A DNA stretch of 64,000 nt from Nitrosopumilaceae archaeon. GTDB lineage: Archaea > Thermoproteota > Nitrososphaeria > Nitrososphaerales > Nitrosopumilaceae. The stretch lies in NCBI GenBank assembly GCA_965207375.1, contig OZ242274.1, positions 1,536,001-1,600,000 on the forward strand, written 5' to 3'. The notes beneath the pieces were generated by a model. The model ran no database searches. It was not told where the DNA came from and was given only the letters and a program-made list of their open reading frames with translations. Position 1 is the first letter of the stretch. The number at the start of each line of letters is the position of its first letter. Shown piece after piece: positions 10,448 to 22,206 of the stretch. Position numbers and translations under genes: made by a program.

Positions 10448-10638
10448 TCTTCCTATTTACATCATGTTTAATTGGTTAGTTATAATCTTTACATATTTTG
10501 CTTAAATAATACAAGTCAAGATCGGTACAAACCTCTAGATTTGTAATTTTTGGAATTTTACAGATAGATTTTAGGAATTTTATCCGTTTTTGGCCTTTAG
10601 GAATTTTGTAATCAATGTACCGTCCTTGATATTATAGT

Positions 10639-13600
10639 TTATAATTTAGATTGAAAGTCTTTTGTATCATAAAAAGCATCTAGACCGGTTTCTTTAGGTT
10701 GCCAGTTCTCTGGTTCAAATTCTTTTGGTAATTGGGATATTAGCCGGTCTGATTCTGTACTGACAAAAAGCAGTCGTTCTATTAACGGTATGATGTCTAC
10801 GTTTGTTACATCATTTGTAATTCCACTGTCATTGTCTCTATGGATTTTGTATCTGTCAATTGCTCATTCAAGCGGTGTCCTGCCGTTGACTTTGTAATTT
10901 GTCTCTGGAATGTTGTCAAATACTTCGATACCATTTATTTTGAGTTTTGTATGGTCTATCACCTGTTTGTCATCTACTTCCTTTTTGACAAAGACCATTT
11001 TGGTATATTTTTCAAACTTTGCTTTTGGTTTGCCTAGATTGTATCTCTTGCAGGTCTCCCATGACAGGTGCAGATCTGCTAACTGTTTACCGATTTTGGA
11101 TAAAGTATGAAAGTCTGGGGCCATTGGAATATGAGGTAGTTCATGTGATAGGTTATTTGCATACTTTTTACGATATTCCAGATGATGTAAAAGACCATAT
11201 ACGTAATAAAAGATGTCTTCTTTTGTTATCTTTTTGTCCTTGTAATATTCTTGATATTCATTTAGTGTAATGTTGGTAATGTTTTCTTGTTTTTTACCAT
11301 TTTCATATATGTATAGAGGGAAGCATTGAGATTGTGCAATCAGATGAAGATCAGGAGTAATATCGGACATTAACACAGAGAATCTTTCCCCAATCCCTTT
11401 ATCCGGTACAACAATCACCAAATTCTCCGAGTCATTTTTGGGAAAGGTTTTTGACAACAGGCCTTGCATGTTGTTAAAAATATAATCAAAATATAGCCAT
11501 TGTTTGAAAAATGGACGGTATAAAGATCTACGAATTTTATTATTGTTAAATTTTGAATTGTGTTTTTTTGATTTTAATCTTTTTAATGATTCTCTATCTA
11601 ATTTTCCTTTCTTTGGTTCTATTTTTAGATTATTGAAATCTTGAGAATTGGCATAGATTATACATCTTTGCATGTTTTTTGAAAGTTCTTTTCTTGATGA
11701 ATTATATGCCCAAACATCCCTGTTTGTTTTTATGCCACTGGAATAAATTCCAAATATTGCATTACCTTTACCTGCCTTTGCATCCTTACTACCCATTGGG
11801 AAATAATCTGTAAATTTGTCGTGTCTATGATCAATCCAATCATGATGCCTGTCTGGTTTGATTTCCTGCCAATCTTTGATGCCTTTAATGGAGCTGACTG
11901 TCTTGATGATTTCAAGTTTCTTTTCCCTAGAATGATAGTCACCTATATCGCAATATCGTATAGTGTGAGATTTTTTGTTTGGGTTTTTGACTAGGATTGT
12001 TATTGCCACGGGTGTTTTTGAACCTGAACCAAAAATATTACCCGCCTCTTTTTTCCGTATTTCTCCCTGGGTCATTGCATTACCTCTCAAATCAAACACC
12101 CACACGTCTGTAAACTCCTCTTGTAGGCATGCACGCAGGCCTGCTGCTGCATCCGATTTTATGAAACTTGCATTTGTTACAAAGCCGATTGCTCCTGAAT
12201 TTCCAATTCTGTCTGAGGCCCACCTGAGAGAACGAATATAGGAATCATAAAGTGAACCAACATGACCTATTTTGGGGTTGAGTTCTTTTGTTTTCTTGCG
12301 ATATGTTTGTTCAATTCTTTTATCAATTTCTGGATAAGATGCATTTTGATTTTGATCGTTAAAATTACTTTGTCCTACAGAATATGGTGGGTTTCCCATA
12401 ATTACATGTAGATGCGACCCACGCTGATGACGTACTCTACTATGAGCTTCTTTGAATATTTCATCAAGTTTTGTGTCCGTCTGTCTGTGTTGTCTCCCTT
12501 GACGATATAGTGGATTCATCTCCAAAGTATCTGTATAATTTATTCCATCAAACGGTACATGCTTGTTTCCCTGTCTCATACTAGAATAAGCAGTTTCTAT
12601 GTTTATAGTGGCAGTATAATATGCAAGCAAAATCATCTCGTTGGCATACAGATCATGTTTGTATTTTTCATACAAATTTGTCGTTATAAAGCCGGATTGT
12701 AGCAATCTTACAAGAAACGTACCGGTTCCTGTAAACGGGTCTAACACCTTTACATCTCTATCGTTAAACTCCTTACCAAATTCCGTTTTTAGAACATGTT
12801 GGACAGAATTTATAATAAAATCTATTATTTCAACTGGGGTATATACAATTCCGTGCTGTTCTGCTCCTTTTTTGTCAGCAGATTCAAAGAAATTACCGTA
12901 TAGTTTTTTGATAAAATTCTGCTTTGCTACATCAGATTCAATTAAAGATATTTCTTTTTTTACATCATTATAAAATTCGTCAAGAATATCAAGTTCTTCT
13001 TTAAATCCTATTTTTTGTATCATTTTGTTAAAGGCAACAGATATTGGATTCTGCGAACTAAACTCTTTAGAAAACAGTTCATCAAATACAAATGAAAGTA
13101 CAACATGTTGAGATAATGCTTTTATTGTATCTTCAAATGTTACTGATTCATTTATAATTTGTTTTAGTCCTTCATGAAATGTATCCATTTCTTTTTTTAT
13201 TGTATCATTTGATTTTATTTTTATTCGAAGACGTGCCTCTATTGTATTTGCTCTCTCGCCTAGTTTTTCACCATATTTGTCATAGTAATTTATGTCTCCT
13301 ACCTTACGCACAAGTTCTGTGGTAACACCTTGTATGATTTTTTTTTCTAGTTCCTTATAGGAGATAAGATCATGTCCATAGGCATGACGAATTATTATTC
13401 TGTTGGTAATAGCGTTATCAGGTCCGTGACTATCAATTGCAAGTGTGTTTATTTCAGAGTCAAGTTTTGGATCATGGGATCTTAGTGCGTTGAGAACCTG
13501 CCAAACTACCTTAAAGTATTTGCTATCTTTGAATGCTTCATCCACACTAATTCCGGCAGGTATTGCAACCGGAAGTATTACGTAGCCATATTCTTTTCCA

Positions 13601-14945
13601 GGGGATTTTCGCATCACTCGTCCTACTGCTTGTACTACATCTACTACTGACCTGCGAGGATTCATAAACACAACACCGTCAAGTGCAGGCACATCTACCC
13701 CCTCAGATAAGCAACGGGCGTTTGAGAGAATTCTGCACTTGTGTGGATTTACTTGACTGTTTTTAAGCCAATCTAATCTACTTCTTCTGTATTGTGCATT
13801 GTCTCCACCATCGACGTGTTCGACTTCCACATTATGTGAATCTGTATCCTTAACTACCGTCTTTATGTGACCAACAAGTTCACCAAATGATCTATGTTTA
13901 TCTATTTCGCGATTTTTTTCTAATAGTTCCGGATTTTCACGTATGTCAGCCTTGTATTTGATCTCTTCTCCTGCCAATATCTTTGAAGAGTTTATCATGT
14001 CACAGAACATAATTACTCTTTGAAGAAGATCTTTTTCTTCACCTACACCGGGATATTGTAATGCATGCCAAACAGATGCCATGAGGGATTTTTCATCTAG
14101 TGGGATTTGGTTGTCATCTCCTTTCTGTGCCCTTTGAATCAAACCATCCATGGTATCGCCATCCATAACAGCTACTCTCACCTTAAAGTCACATAGTGCA
14201 TGGTATTTGTGAACTGCATCATAAAATGACAGATTATGAAATTCAGGTCCGTATATCTTGTCATCCATTGATATTACAGTTTTTTGTAACTGCATGGCTT
14301 TACCTTTGATATTTGGAGTATAGATTTTTGGTGTTGCAGTCATGTAGAGTCGCTTTAAACCATTGACGTTTTTGTTGTGATGAACCATGGTGTAAAAAGA
14401 TTCAGAATCTTTCTCTTCAATACCAGTTGTGCGATGTGCTTCATCACAAAATATCATATCAAATTTTTTGCCTTTCATGGCATCACATACAATTTCAATT
14501 GAATGATGTGTTGAAAATATCACATTCATTGTATTATCTTTTCTTTGTTTGATTCTCTCGTTTAGTGTATTTAGATCAGTAGATGCAGGAGCTTCTAGTT
14601 CTGTAAGTGTCCCTTGTTCAGTGTTTCTTACACTCTTATCTGAACAAACCGCCATGTAGTAATGTGGTATGTTTGCATTTTCAGACCACTCTCGCATACT
14701 CTGTAAAATAAGAGATATTGATGGAACTAAATACAGTATAAAACTACCCTTTCCTGCAATTTTTTCTGCTACATGTAATGATACTAGTGTCTTACCTGTA
14801 CCGCATGCCATTATTAACTTGCCACGATCACTTGTATTGAAACCATCAAGTACATCATTTAGAGCATATTCTTGATAATTCCTAAGTTTTTTTGGAATTG
14901 GAGGTGCAATCTTTTTTGGATATTCACTCCAATCAAATCTATCAG
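10639..14945 (-). pseudogene. Type ISP (LlaGI/LlaBIII-like) restriction-modification enzyme; N-terminal nuclease missing and premature TGA near the C-terminus
   Basis: SF2 motifs MACGTGKT, DEAH, QAVGRVMR; MTase motifs DPFTGTG, GNPPY; TRD. TGA at 10864-10866 sits at the expected W of NGRTPLE[W]AIDRY and the frame stays open to 10639. 5' end cut by an IS at 14946. Confidence 0.9.
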
Positions 14946-16029
14946 AGATGTGATTCGTAATTAGCAAATTTCCCTAAATTTCACGCCTAGCAATACCAAA
15001 AAGATCCAAATATCGCCCGAATCTACCACAACTCATGATGTCCTATGAAAAACTGGTAAAAAATACCAAAAGATTTCGTGCCGTAACAGGCATGTCTGCC
15101 AAAGAATTTGATTTGTTGGTATCTAAGGTGGAAAAAAAAGTATCCAAGAGCAGAAAAAAAGAGGCTCTCTAGAGAAAACAGAGTGCGCGCAATAGGTGCA
15201 GGCCGCAGATTCGCATTAAATGTACGAGACCAGGTGATGCTACTTTTGTTTTACTATCGTACATACTGCACACAAGATGTAGCAGCAGTCATGTTTGAAA
15301 TAGGACAGGCCTCAGTATCGCGCTCTATTACCCATATAGAGCCCATCCTAAAACTATGCATTCCAATACCTACCAAGATACACGACCAAATGAAGAGAAT
15401 TTCCTCCATAGAGGAATTAGAAGAGATTCTTCCAGGTCTTAGATGTCTTGTTGATGCCTCAGAACAGAAAATACAAAGGCCCTGACGCAAGGACATGGAA
15501 AAGTCTCACTATTCGGGCAAAGCAGGAGCACACACCTCTAAGATACAATATACGACTAACACACATGGGATAATAGTACACAAGACACGTCATGTATCAG
15601 GAAAAATACATGACGTTACAGTATACAAGAAAAAACCTCCAACATTTCCAGAGAAAATACCTGATGAAATACAGGTCACCATATGTACCAGACAGGAGAT
15701 ACCAAGGGGCACCTGAGGTTCCCGGAGGGACACTGTGCACCCCAATCAAAAAGAAAAAGGGTGCAAAGCTCACAGAGGAGCAAAAAGAATACAACAAAAT
15801 CCACTCAAAGATTCGTGTATATGTAGAACATGCAATACGCAGGGTCAAAACATGGCGTATTATGGGAAACGTATACAGGAATCCACTCATAAAATACGAC
15901 CGGATCAACGATATTGTGTGCGGTTTGGTAAACCGCAGCATATTGTGGCGGTTAGATCAGATGGCCTGATTGAGGCAGGGCATCTGGATGGCAGTAGGCA
16001 CGCATAAAAAATAATTACGGATCACCTCT
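14946..16029 (+). mobile_element. IS5-family (ISL2-like) element with pseudogenised transposase
   Basis: TIRs AGATGTGATTCGTAATTA / TAATTACGGATCACCTCT. Transposase from 15036 (FRAVTGM, VDASEQ, HYSGK, RVYVEHAIRRVK) has a frameshift in an A8 run, an in-frame TGA at 15483-15485 and a further frameshift. Confidence 0.85.
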
Positions 16030-16080
16030 TAGTAACTCAGAGTGTAAAGACGTTTTAATTCAACAATTACAGTACATACA

Positions 16081-16635
16081 ATGGATATCTTACAGTTAGC
16101 AGAAGAAAATATTCTAATCAGCATGGGTGTTGTTTTAGGAATAGGCCTCATACAGGGTGCCGTTTTAGGCAGAGGGATTCGCAATCGATTTCCAAGGCTA
16201 AAGATACATGCTAAAATCGTCTCCACAATTTTACTGATTCTTTTTACAATCAGTGCTGTTGCAAATATTTTAAAATTTGCAAATCCAGACAAAGTGGTAC
16301 TTTCAGACATTGTAATTCCTGAAACCGTTGATCAGGGAATAGATTTTGTATTTACAATCCTTGGACTCAACACAGGATTTGGTTCTGTTCTTGCATTGTT
16401 TGTATCTGTCAGTCTGATTTTGATATTTAGACAGGCAAGGCTACCGCGCATAGCAAGATATTTTATTTTTGTATTAAGCCTAGCTATACTTGCCTTGGCA
16501 ACTCTTGGCAGATTTACTGATTACATTCCTGCATTTTTTGAGGTGATGATGTATGCAGGATATCAGTTTGGAATTACAATTGGAATATTTGCAGTAACCC
16601 ACAGAAAAGAAAAGACCTTGGAGGGTTTTGATTAA
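16081..16635 (+). CDS. Hypothetical multi-pass membrane protein
   Basis: 184-aa ORF with about 5 hydrophobic helices. Confidence 0.75.
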   Translation: MDILQLAEENILISMGVVLGIGLIQGAVLGRGIRNRFPRLKIHAKIVSTILLILFTISAVANILKFANPDKVVLSDIVIPETVDQGIDFVFTILGLNTGFGSVLALFVSVSLILIFRQARLPRIARYFIFVLSLAILALATLGRFTDYIPAFFEVMMYAGYQFGITIGIFAVTHRKEKTLEGFD

Positions 16636-16723
16636 AGTTGGGAGGGGTTCTTTACAGTCTTTTTTATGCTCATATACCACTATACAATATTGCATTTTAA
16701 ATGATATAATATAATAAAAACAT

Positions 16724-17626
16724 CTAGTCCTGGATGATTTTTCTCAATCCTGCACACCTGTTGCGGATTGTAACCTCAGTTACACCTGATGCAATGGAGA
16801 TGTCTTTTTGAGACTTTATCTCTCCTGTACTAATACATGCAAGGTATAGTGCTGCTGCTGCTATTCCCATTGGATCCTTTCCTGCAACTATGCCAATCTC
16901 TTTTGCCTTGTTCAAAATGGCAATAGCCTTTCTTTTGCTTTTCTCACTTAGTTCTGCAATGCTTGCAATTCTTGAAACACCCTTTACTGGATCAACTACT
17001 GGCATTTTTAGTTCTAATTCCCTGAAAATTAGCCGGTAGCATCGTGCAACATCCTTTCTTCTAATGTTGATTCCATTTGCAATATCATCTAGCGTTCTAG
17101 GAGTTTCAGTATTCCTACATGATGCATAAAGACATGCTGCCACTAGTCCCTGTATTGAGCGTCCACGTACTAGTTTTTTCTCCATGGCCTTTCGATATAT
17201 GTAGGCTGCCTTTTCAACAACTGCATCAGTTAATCCCAATTTGTCTTTGAGTTTGTCCATTTCGTTTAGTGCTTGGCGCAGATTTCTATCTGCAGATGAA
17301 TGTGCCTGTGTTCTGCTGTCCCATGTTCGCAATCGCTCAATTGAGCTTTTCATACTTGCAGACAGAGGTCTTCCTGTTGAATCCTTGTTTGCTTGACCAA
17401 TAATTGTAGATAGCCCCATATCGTGCATTGTAAGTGATGTTCCGGCACCTACCCTTGTTCGATTTGCATCATCACTTGAAAAGGAACGCCACTCTGCTCC
17501 TGTATCTTCAATCTTGTCGGTTATAACAAAACCACAATTTGCACAAAATACCTCACCGGAATTATCATCTGTAACCATCTTCTTTTTTCCACATGACGGG
17601 CATCGATGCTCAGCAATCGAATTCAT
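16724..17626 (-). CDS. tfb: Transcription initiation factor IIB
   Basis: Zn ribbon CPSCG...CANCG, EWRSF B-reader, two cyclin repeats, VTEVTIRNR. Confidence 0.97.
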   Translation of the reverse strand: MNSIAEHRCPSCGKKKMVTDDNSGEVFCANCGFVITDKIEDTGAEWRSFSSDDANRTRVGAGTSLTMHDMGLSTIIGQANKDSTGRPLSASMKSSIERLRTWDSRTQAHSSADRNLRQALNEMDKLKDKLGLTDAVVEKAAYIYRKAMEKKLVRGRSIQGLVAACLYASCRNTETPRTLDDIANGINIRRKDVARCYRLIFRELELKMPVVDPVKGVSRIASIAELSEKSKRKAIAILNKAKEIGIVAGKDPMGIAAAALYLACISTGEIKSQKDISIASGVTEVTIRNRCAGLRKIIQD

Positions 17627-17739
17627 AATACTAGTATAGTGTACAATATGTTTGTTTATTATCCTTTTACAATTATTCTCAGGGTGATTTGGGGGTAGGT
17701 TAAGCTAATACGTTCTTGTTCTATAGAATTAGAATGATT

Positions 17740-19161
17740 TTAGCCCAAAAGACAGTATGCGTAGATAGGAGCATATGAGGGATACATTATGCTGTTTCTA
17801 TCATCAGTATGAGTCAATCCTATAGAGTGTCCAAGCTCGTGTCGCATTATTTGCTCTACAGAATCCACATCATAAAGCTGAAAACTTCCATCACAGGCAT
17901 AATCTCCTAGTGTCACCTCAACTATGCCCTTACCCAAATGTGCATGTCCTAGTACCCCGTCTCCCAAGCTTCGTACTACCCAGGTAACCCAGACATTTGC
18001 ATCTGCTTTGAGATTTGTAAATTCAAAGTTTACCCTAGCTTTTTGATTATTAGCCGATAACTCCTGTGCCTCCCAAAACGCAATCGAATCTTTTAGAGTA
18101 CTTGCGTGATCAAGTGGTAGTCCTGATGGTTGCTCGTTTACATAAATTATATATTGCAAAATTATAGTATCGCCTTCCATCACAAATGTAGGATCCTTAA
18201 AACTTGTAGATGCTCTTGTTGCCTCAGTTTCAAAATTCCATTTGATATAGTCTCGCAGAAATTTCTTGATTACATCCTGGCTGGGATTTGGAAATTCTAT
18301 GTATCTTTTTTCATCTATCATATTTTTTGTAATTTTTCTAACGTACGTTTTAAAATATGCAAGTTCTGCATCTTTTTCTTGCAACAGTTGTTCTTGTGTT
18401 TTAGAGTTATCTATATGAATTGCTCCGTTTTCTATCATATATTTTAGGCCTAAAACAAAATCATCTTGTGTGATGAGGTCATCAGACCACAATCCTGCAT
18501 TTGTTTTTACCCATGACGGTATATCTCGTTGAAATGATTTTGTAAAGGTATCTGATATTACAATTATCTGATTGTGAATTAAAAACTTGATTGCATGTGT
18601 AAATTCTGAATCTGTAATTTTACCTTGTGCCCACAATCCTGCATTTGTTTTTACCCAAGGCGGAATCTCTGCAACTGTAGGTTTTGGTAAAAGTTGTTTT
18701 GGTTTTTCTGTTGCCATGTATGGATATTTTGCAAGTATGTTTTGTATGTGAGAATTGTAATTTTGAAGCACCTTACTTTCAGGTTGTAATTTCAATGCAC
18801 GCTCAAAATATTTTTTTGATTCTTTGTATTCTCCCAGGTATCCCATGCCGATTCCCATTCCTGATAATGCATAAATGTCATCTGGTTTGAATTGCAAAAT
18901 TCTAAAAAACTGTTCTAGTGATTTTTCATGTTGTCCCAAATTACTTTGGGCAATCCCTTTCATTTTTAATGTAGATATGTTATCTGGCTCAATCTCTAAA
19001 ATATCATCATAGATTGCAATCGCACTAGCATATTGACCGTTTTGAAAATGTGTTGTAGCAGAATCAAACATTGCAGAAGCCTCATCTACTTGCGCATGTA
19101 TTTGCGGCATGATTGAAAGTATGCCTATTGCCAACATGATAATTATAGTACCCTGTATCAT
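17740..19161 (-). CDS. Secreted TPR + IPxWVK repeat + matrixin-type metalloprotease
   Basis: Signal peptide, TPRs, two IP(P/S)WVKTNAGLW repeats, HELGHSIGLTH zinc motif with Met-turn SIMYP. Confidence 0.85.
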   Translation of the reverse strand: MIQGTIIIMLAIGILSIMPQIHAQVDEASAMFDSATTHFQNGQYASAIAIYDDILEIEPDNISTLKMKGIAQSNLGQHEKSLEQFFRILQFKPDDIYALSGMGIGMGYLGEYKESKKYFERALKLQPESKVLQNYNSHIQNILAKYPYMATEKPKQLLPKPTVAEIPPWVKTNAGLWAQGKITDSEFTHAIKFLIHNQIIVISDTFTKSFQRDIPSWVKTNAGLWSDDLITQDDFVLGLKYMIENGAIHIDNSKTQEQLLQEKDAELAYFKTYVRKITKNMIDEKRYIEFPNPSQDVIKKFLRDYIKWNFETEATRASTSFKDPTFVMEGDTIILQYIIYVNEQPSGLPLDHASTLKDSIAFWEAQELSANNQKARVNFEFTNLKADANVWVTWVVRSLGDGVLGHAHLGKGIVEVTLGDYACDGSFQLYDVDSVEQIMRHELGHSIGLTHTDDRNSIMYPSYAPIYAYCLLG

Positions 19162-19217
19162 TACTAGACGAAAAATTTTAAATTTAGATATACTTTGCCA
19201 TGTAGACAGATGCTAAT

Positions 19218-19620
19218 TGTGCAGACCCCGCTAGGAAACCGATCATCAATGCACACTTTAGCAATAGGAGACCATACATGAAAGACAAAAAATCAAAATG
19301 GAGCACAGATGAGAAGGTACGTATCGTACTGCTGACCTTTAATTCTGAGACCAGTATGGCAAAATTATGCAAACAGCACAACCTACAACCCCGAACAGTC
19401 TACACCTGGAAGAAAAAATTCCTTGATGCAGGCAAAATCTCATTTGATAGCTCCAATATCTCATCGCTTACCAAACGTCACAAAAAAGAGATCTCCTCCC
19501 TTAAGAGAATAATAGGAGAGTATGCAGTGGCAAATGACGCTTTAAAAAAAACGGCAGGAGACAACGAATGAGTGCAGTATCTCTCATGTACAATATCGTA
19601 GGACTCAAGTCCTTGCGACT
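19218..19620 (+). mobile_element. IS3-family remnant: OrfA (19278..19571) with A8 slippery site; OrfB lost
   Basis: KWSTDEKVRIVL HTH, 'LKRIIGE...NDALKK' leucine-zipper end, TTTAAAAAAAAC frameshift motif. Confidence 0.75.
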
Positions 19621-19623
19621 CTA

Positions 19624-20052
19624 ATGTATCAAAAAAGGCATCTTGTAGATGGGATACAACACAACCTTGTGACTTTTCTAAAACAGTCCAGTATTCTAGA
19701 TTATGTGATTATGGGGCATTCAGAGATCAAGCTACAATCTATCCCTTTGATTTTTCATATGATATATCTGAATCAAATCCTGAAACCTTGGATTATGTTT
19801 GGCCTTTTATATGGTGGGACTAGATGGTTGCTTGACGGCATGACAACTATTAAATCACTTTTTTTGTTTTCACTAATCTTTGTAATTGGTTTTTTTTGTG
19901 GATTATTTTTTCCGCTTGTTTCTAATTTGATTTTTTATGGTGCACTTTCAGGACCATGTGTGTGGCCTACAGATTACGAAGCAATGGGGTTTGGCTCTGT
20001 TGAAGATTTGGAATATTCTGAATTATACCAGTGTTATTTGAAACCTTTTTGA
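19624..20052 (+). CDS. Hypothetical membrane protein (true start possibly ATG at ~19839)
   Basis: ORF with a strongly hydrophobic segment in its C-terminal half. Confidence 0.4.
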   Translation: MYQKRHLVDGIQHNLVTFLKQSSILDYVIMGHSEIKLQSIPLIFHMIYLNQILKPWIMFGLLYGGTRWLLDGMTTIKSLFLFSLIFVIGFFCGLFFPLVSNLIFYGALSGPCVWPTDYEAMGFGSVEDLEYSELYQCYLKPF

Positions 20053-20203
20053 ATTATCTGAGAAAAATAGCAACATTTTGACTTTAAGTTGCACACAGAA
20101 AAAAATACCAAACCTATGATTTTCACACTAAATCCAGGCATGTCACTTTATAAAATCGATCAGCTACTAAAAGTTGAACTTTTGCTTGTATGAATATCTG
20201 GTG

Positions 20204-20279
20204 ATACATACTCAGGTCGCCTCTGATTCTATGCCTAGTCTTTGATCATGCCTGAAAAATTTACGACTTGAGTTTGTAC
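20204..20279 (+). repeat. MITE-like repeat (short copy)
   Basis: ATACATACTCAGGTCG...CGACTTGAGTTTGTAC inverted ends; abuts an IS end at 20281. Confidence 0.8.
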
Positions 20280-20351
20280 TTTTTTGAAAAAATGTGGACA
20301 GCGTCGTGCAAAACAGTTTATTTTTATAATACTTTGTTGCATTATAATCAT

Positions 20352-20415
20352 CGTCTATATTTGAATCCCTAGTGCGAGCTGTCGCTGGTAACTAGGGCTC
20401 ATGTGAGTATAGGCG
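20352..20415. ncRNA. Candidate structured RNA immediately 3' of a DUF3800-like gene
   Basis: Nested stems CGTCTATA/TATAGGCG, CCCTAGT/ACTAGGG and inner hairpin GCGA-GCTG-TCGC; starts 4 nt after the stop codon. Confidence 0.5.
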
Positions 20416-20419
20416 TTTT

Positions 20420-21002
20420 TCATTTAAAATCATGTAATAGTACAGACTTGATACTATCACTAAAATCTAATGCAACTGCCACATTTGGCTCTAATCCTCG
20501 ATTATTACACCATGCAACAATATCTGACAAATCATATGCTGAACCCTTGTAAGAATATTTCAAATTAACATCTTTTGCAAACCTTATGCAATCACTATCA
20601 CATTGGAAAAGTATATCCTCTAATCTTTGACCATGACTTAATACAAACAGTTGAAGTCTTTTGGCAATGTGTTGAAATACCGTTAGATAATATGCACGAA
20701 AAATTCTTTCATTTGAAATATTTTTTTTCTTAACACGTCTAAGTTTTTGGATTTGGTTTGTGATTCTGTTTTTGTCAACTCATACAAAACGCAATATTGT
20801 CCTTGCCGTTAAACTTTAACCTTGATATTATTGCATTTTTTTCTTTGTGATTTATCTTTCGCATGTGAATGTGATCATATCCAATAGAATCAAAAATTGC
20901 AGATATACTCTTGTCTGTTCCAATTACAATTGCAATAAATTTGTCATAAGAATCATTATTTCCTGAAAAGTCCATTCCACCAACAAGCGTCGTCATTCTC
21001 AC
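20420..21002 (-). pseudogene. DUF3800-like (RNase H-like fold) protein, frameshifted near 20778
   Basis: N-terminal GMDFSG (cf. DESG); second frame continues VDKNRI...FQCDSD...YDLSDIVAW...HDFK* (cf. QxADxxA). Confidence 0.55.
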
Positions 21003-21161
21003 CTGAGATGAAATAATTCGTGATTTACAAATGTTGGCTTTGGTATGGTTTTGATAACTAACATCTATCTCAAATTCTTCGTAATTGCAGCTTTCTTTTC
21101 CTGTATAAACTCTGCTGCACGTACAATGTTTTTAACAGCATATTCAATATCATTTGATTAA

Positions 21162-21740
21162 GTGTGTTATCCCAAAGATATCCTGATGGATTCATCAGTT
21201 GCTGTTCTATCAAGACCCATAGCACAAATAGCACAAGGCAATGATAGAGTAAAACTACTCATGTCAATACCAGGAATCAGATACATTACAGCACTGACAA
21301 TAATTTCTGAGCTTGTAGATATTACAAGACACTCTACTGCAGAAAAGTTTGCTGCAGGTGGTGGTGTAATACCATCATACCGTAACAGTGCATCCACATA
21401 CAAAGGAGGAGGAATAACAAAGGAGGGTTTCAGTATGGATGAGAAACGCCATAGTTGAGGCAGCTACAATAACCATACAGCATGATCCCAGAATACAAAG
21501 AATCTACGAGAGAATAAAAAAGAGACGCGGTGCACAAAAAGCAAAGGTTGCAGTAGCACGACACATGCTGGAGATAATTTGGTACATGCTGACTAAACGA
21601 AGAATACAGAACACAGAATTGTGAGCTGACACAGAGAAAACATAAAAAACTAGACTACCTAGCAAAGATGTCCTGATCTGCAAATGCACGCTGTATAGGA
21701 TCCGGCACGTAGCCAGGGGATTTTTCATATGGGAGTTAAT
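21162..21740 (+). mobile_element. IS110-family remnant: frameshifted C-terminal half of the transposase plus downstream non-coding end
   Basis: LMSIPGI.YITALTIISEL, GGITKEG, KAKVAVARHMLEIIWYML motifs. Confidence 0.8.
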
Positions 21741-21880
21741 TTGTTCCCAGATGATAATATAATTGCAAAATTAGATATGAGATAAACAAGTACCATGCAG
21801 CAATTATAACTATATAAAGAATTTTAGAATCAAAATGCCACAAAAAAACTTTAACAATAGAAATCTATGAAAAGATAATC

Positions 21881-22204
21881 GTGAATACACAGGGTGCAGG
21901 AAGAGGACTAGCAGAATTAAAAAACAAAATATCTCAGATAAAAGCAGGACTTGACCAATTGGGACCCATACCCATAGATATGCCTGAGATGATAGAATCT
22001 GCAAATCTATTGCGCAAAAACGAGCATCTAGTAAAATCAGACACTGCAAAGTCTGAGTTGATTGCAAGTTATACAGCATATACAGATAATTTAGAAACCT
22101 TACTACAGTCTGTTTTTGAGATTCAAAAGGAGCTCAAGGACATAATACATGATCAAAACAGGCTGATTTCAGCCAAGCGCAGGGTCCGGCGCAAGGCAAA
22201 GTAG
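21881..22204 (+). CDS. Hypothetical coiled-coil protein
   Basis: 107-aa ORF converging on birA. Confidence 0.65.
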   Translation: MNTQGAGRGLAELKNKISQIKAGLDQLGPIPIDMPEMIESANLLRKNEHLVKSDTAKSELIASYTAYTDNLETLLQSVFEIQKELKDIIHDQNRLISAKRRVRRKAK

Positions 22205-22206
22205 AA

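Noticed and set aside
18488-18657. 26-bp direct repeat (CACAATCCTGCATTTGTTTTTACCCA) as a DGR template/variable pair
   Set aside because: Explained by duplicated WVKTNAGLW protein repeats; there is no reverse transcriptase and no adenine-specific mismatch pattern.
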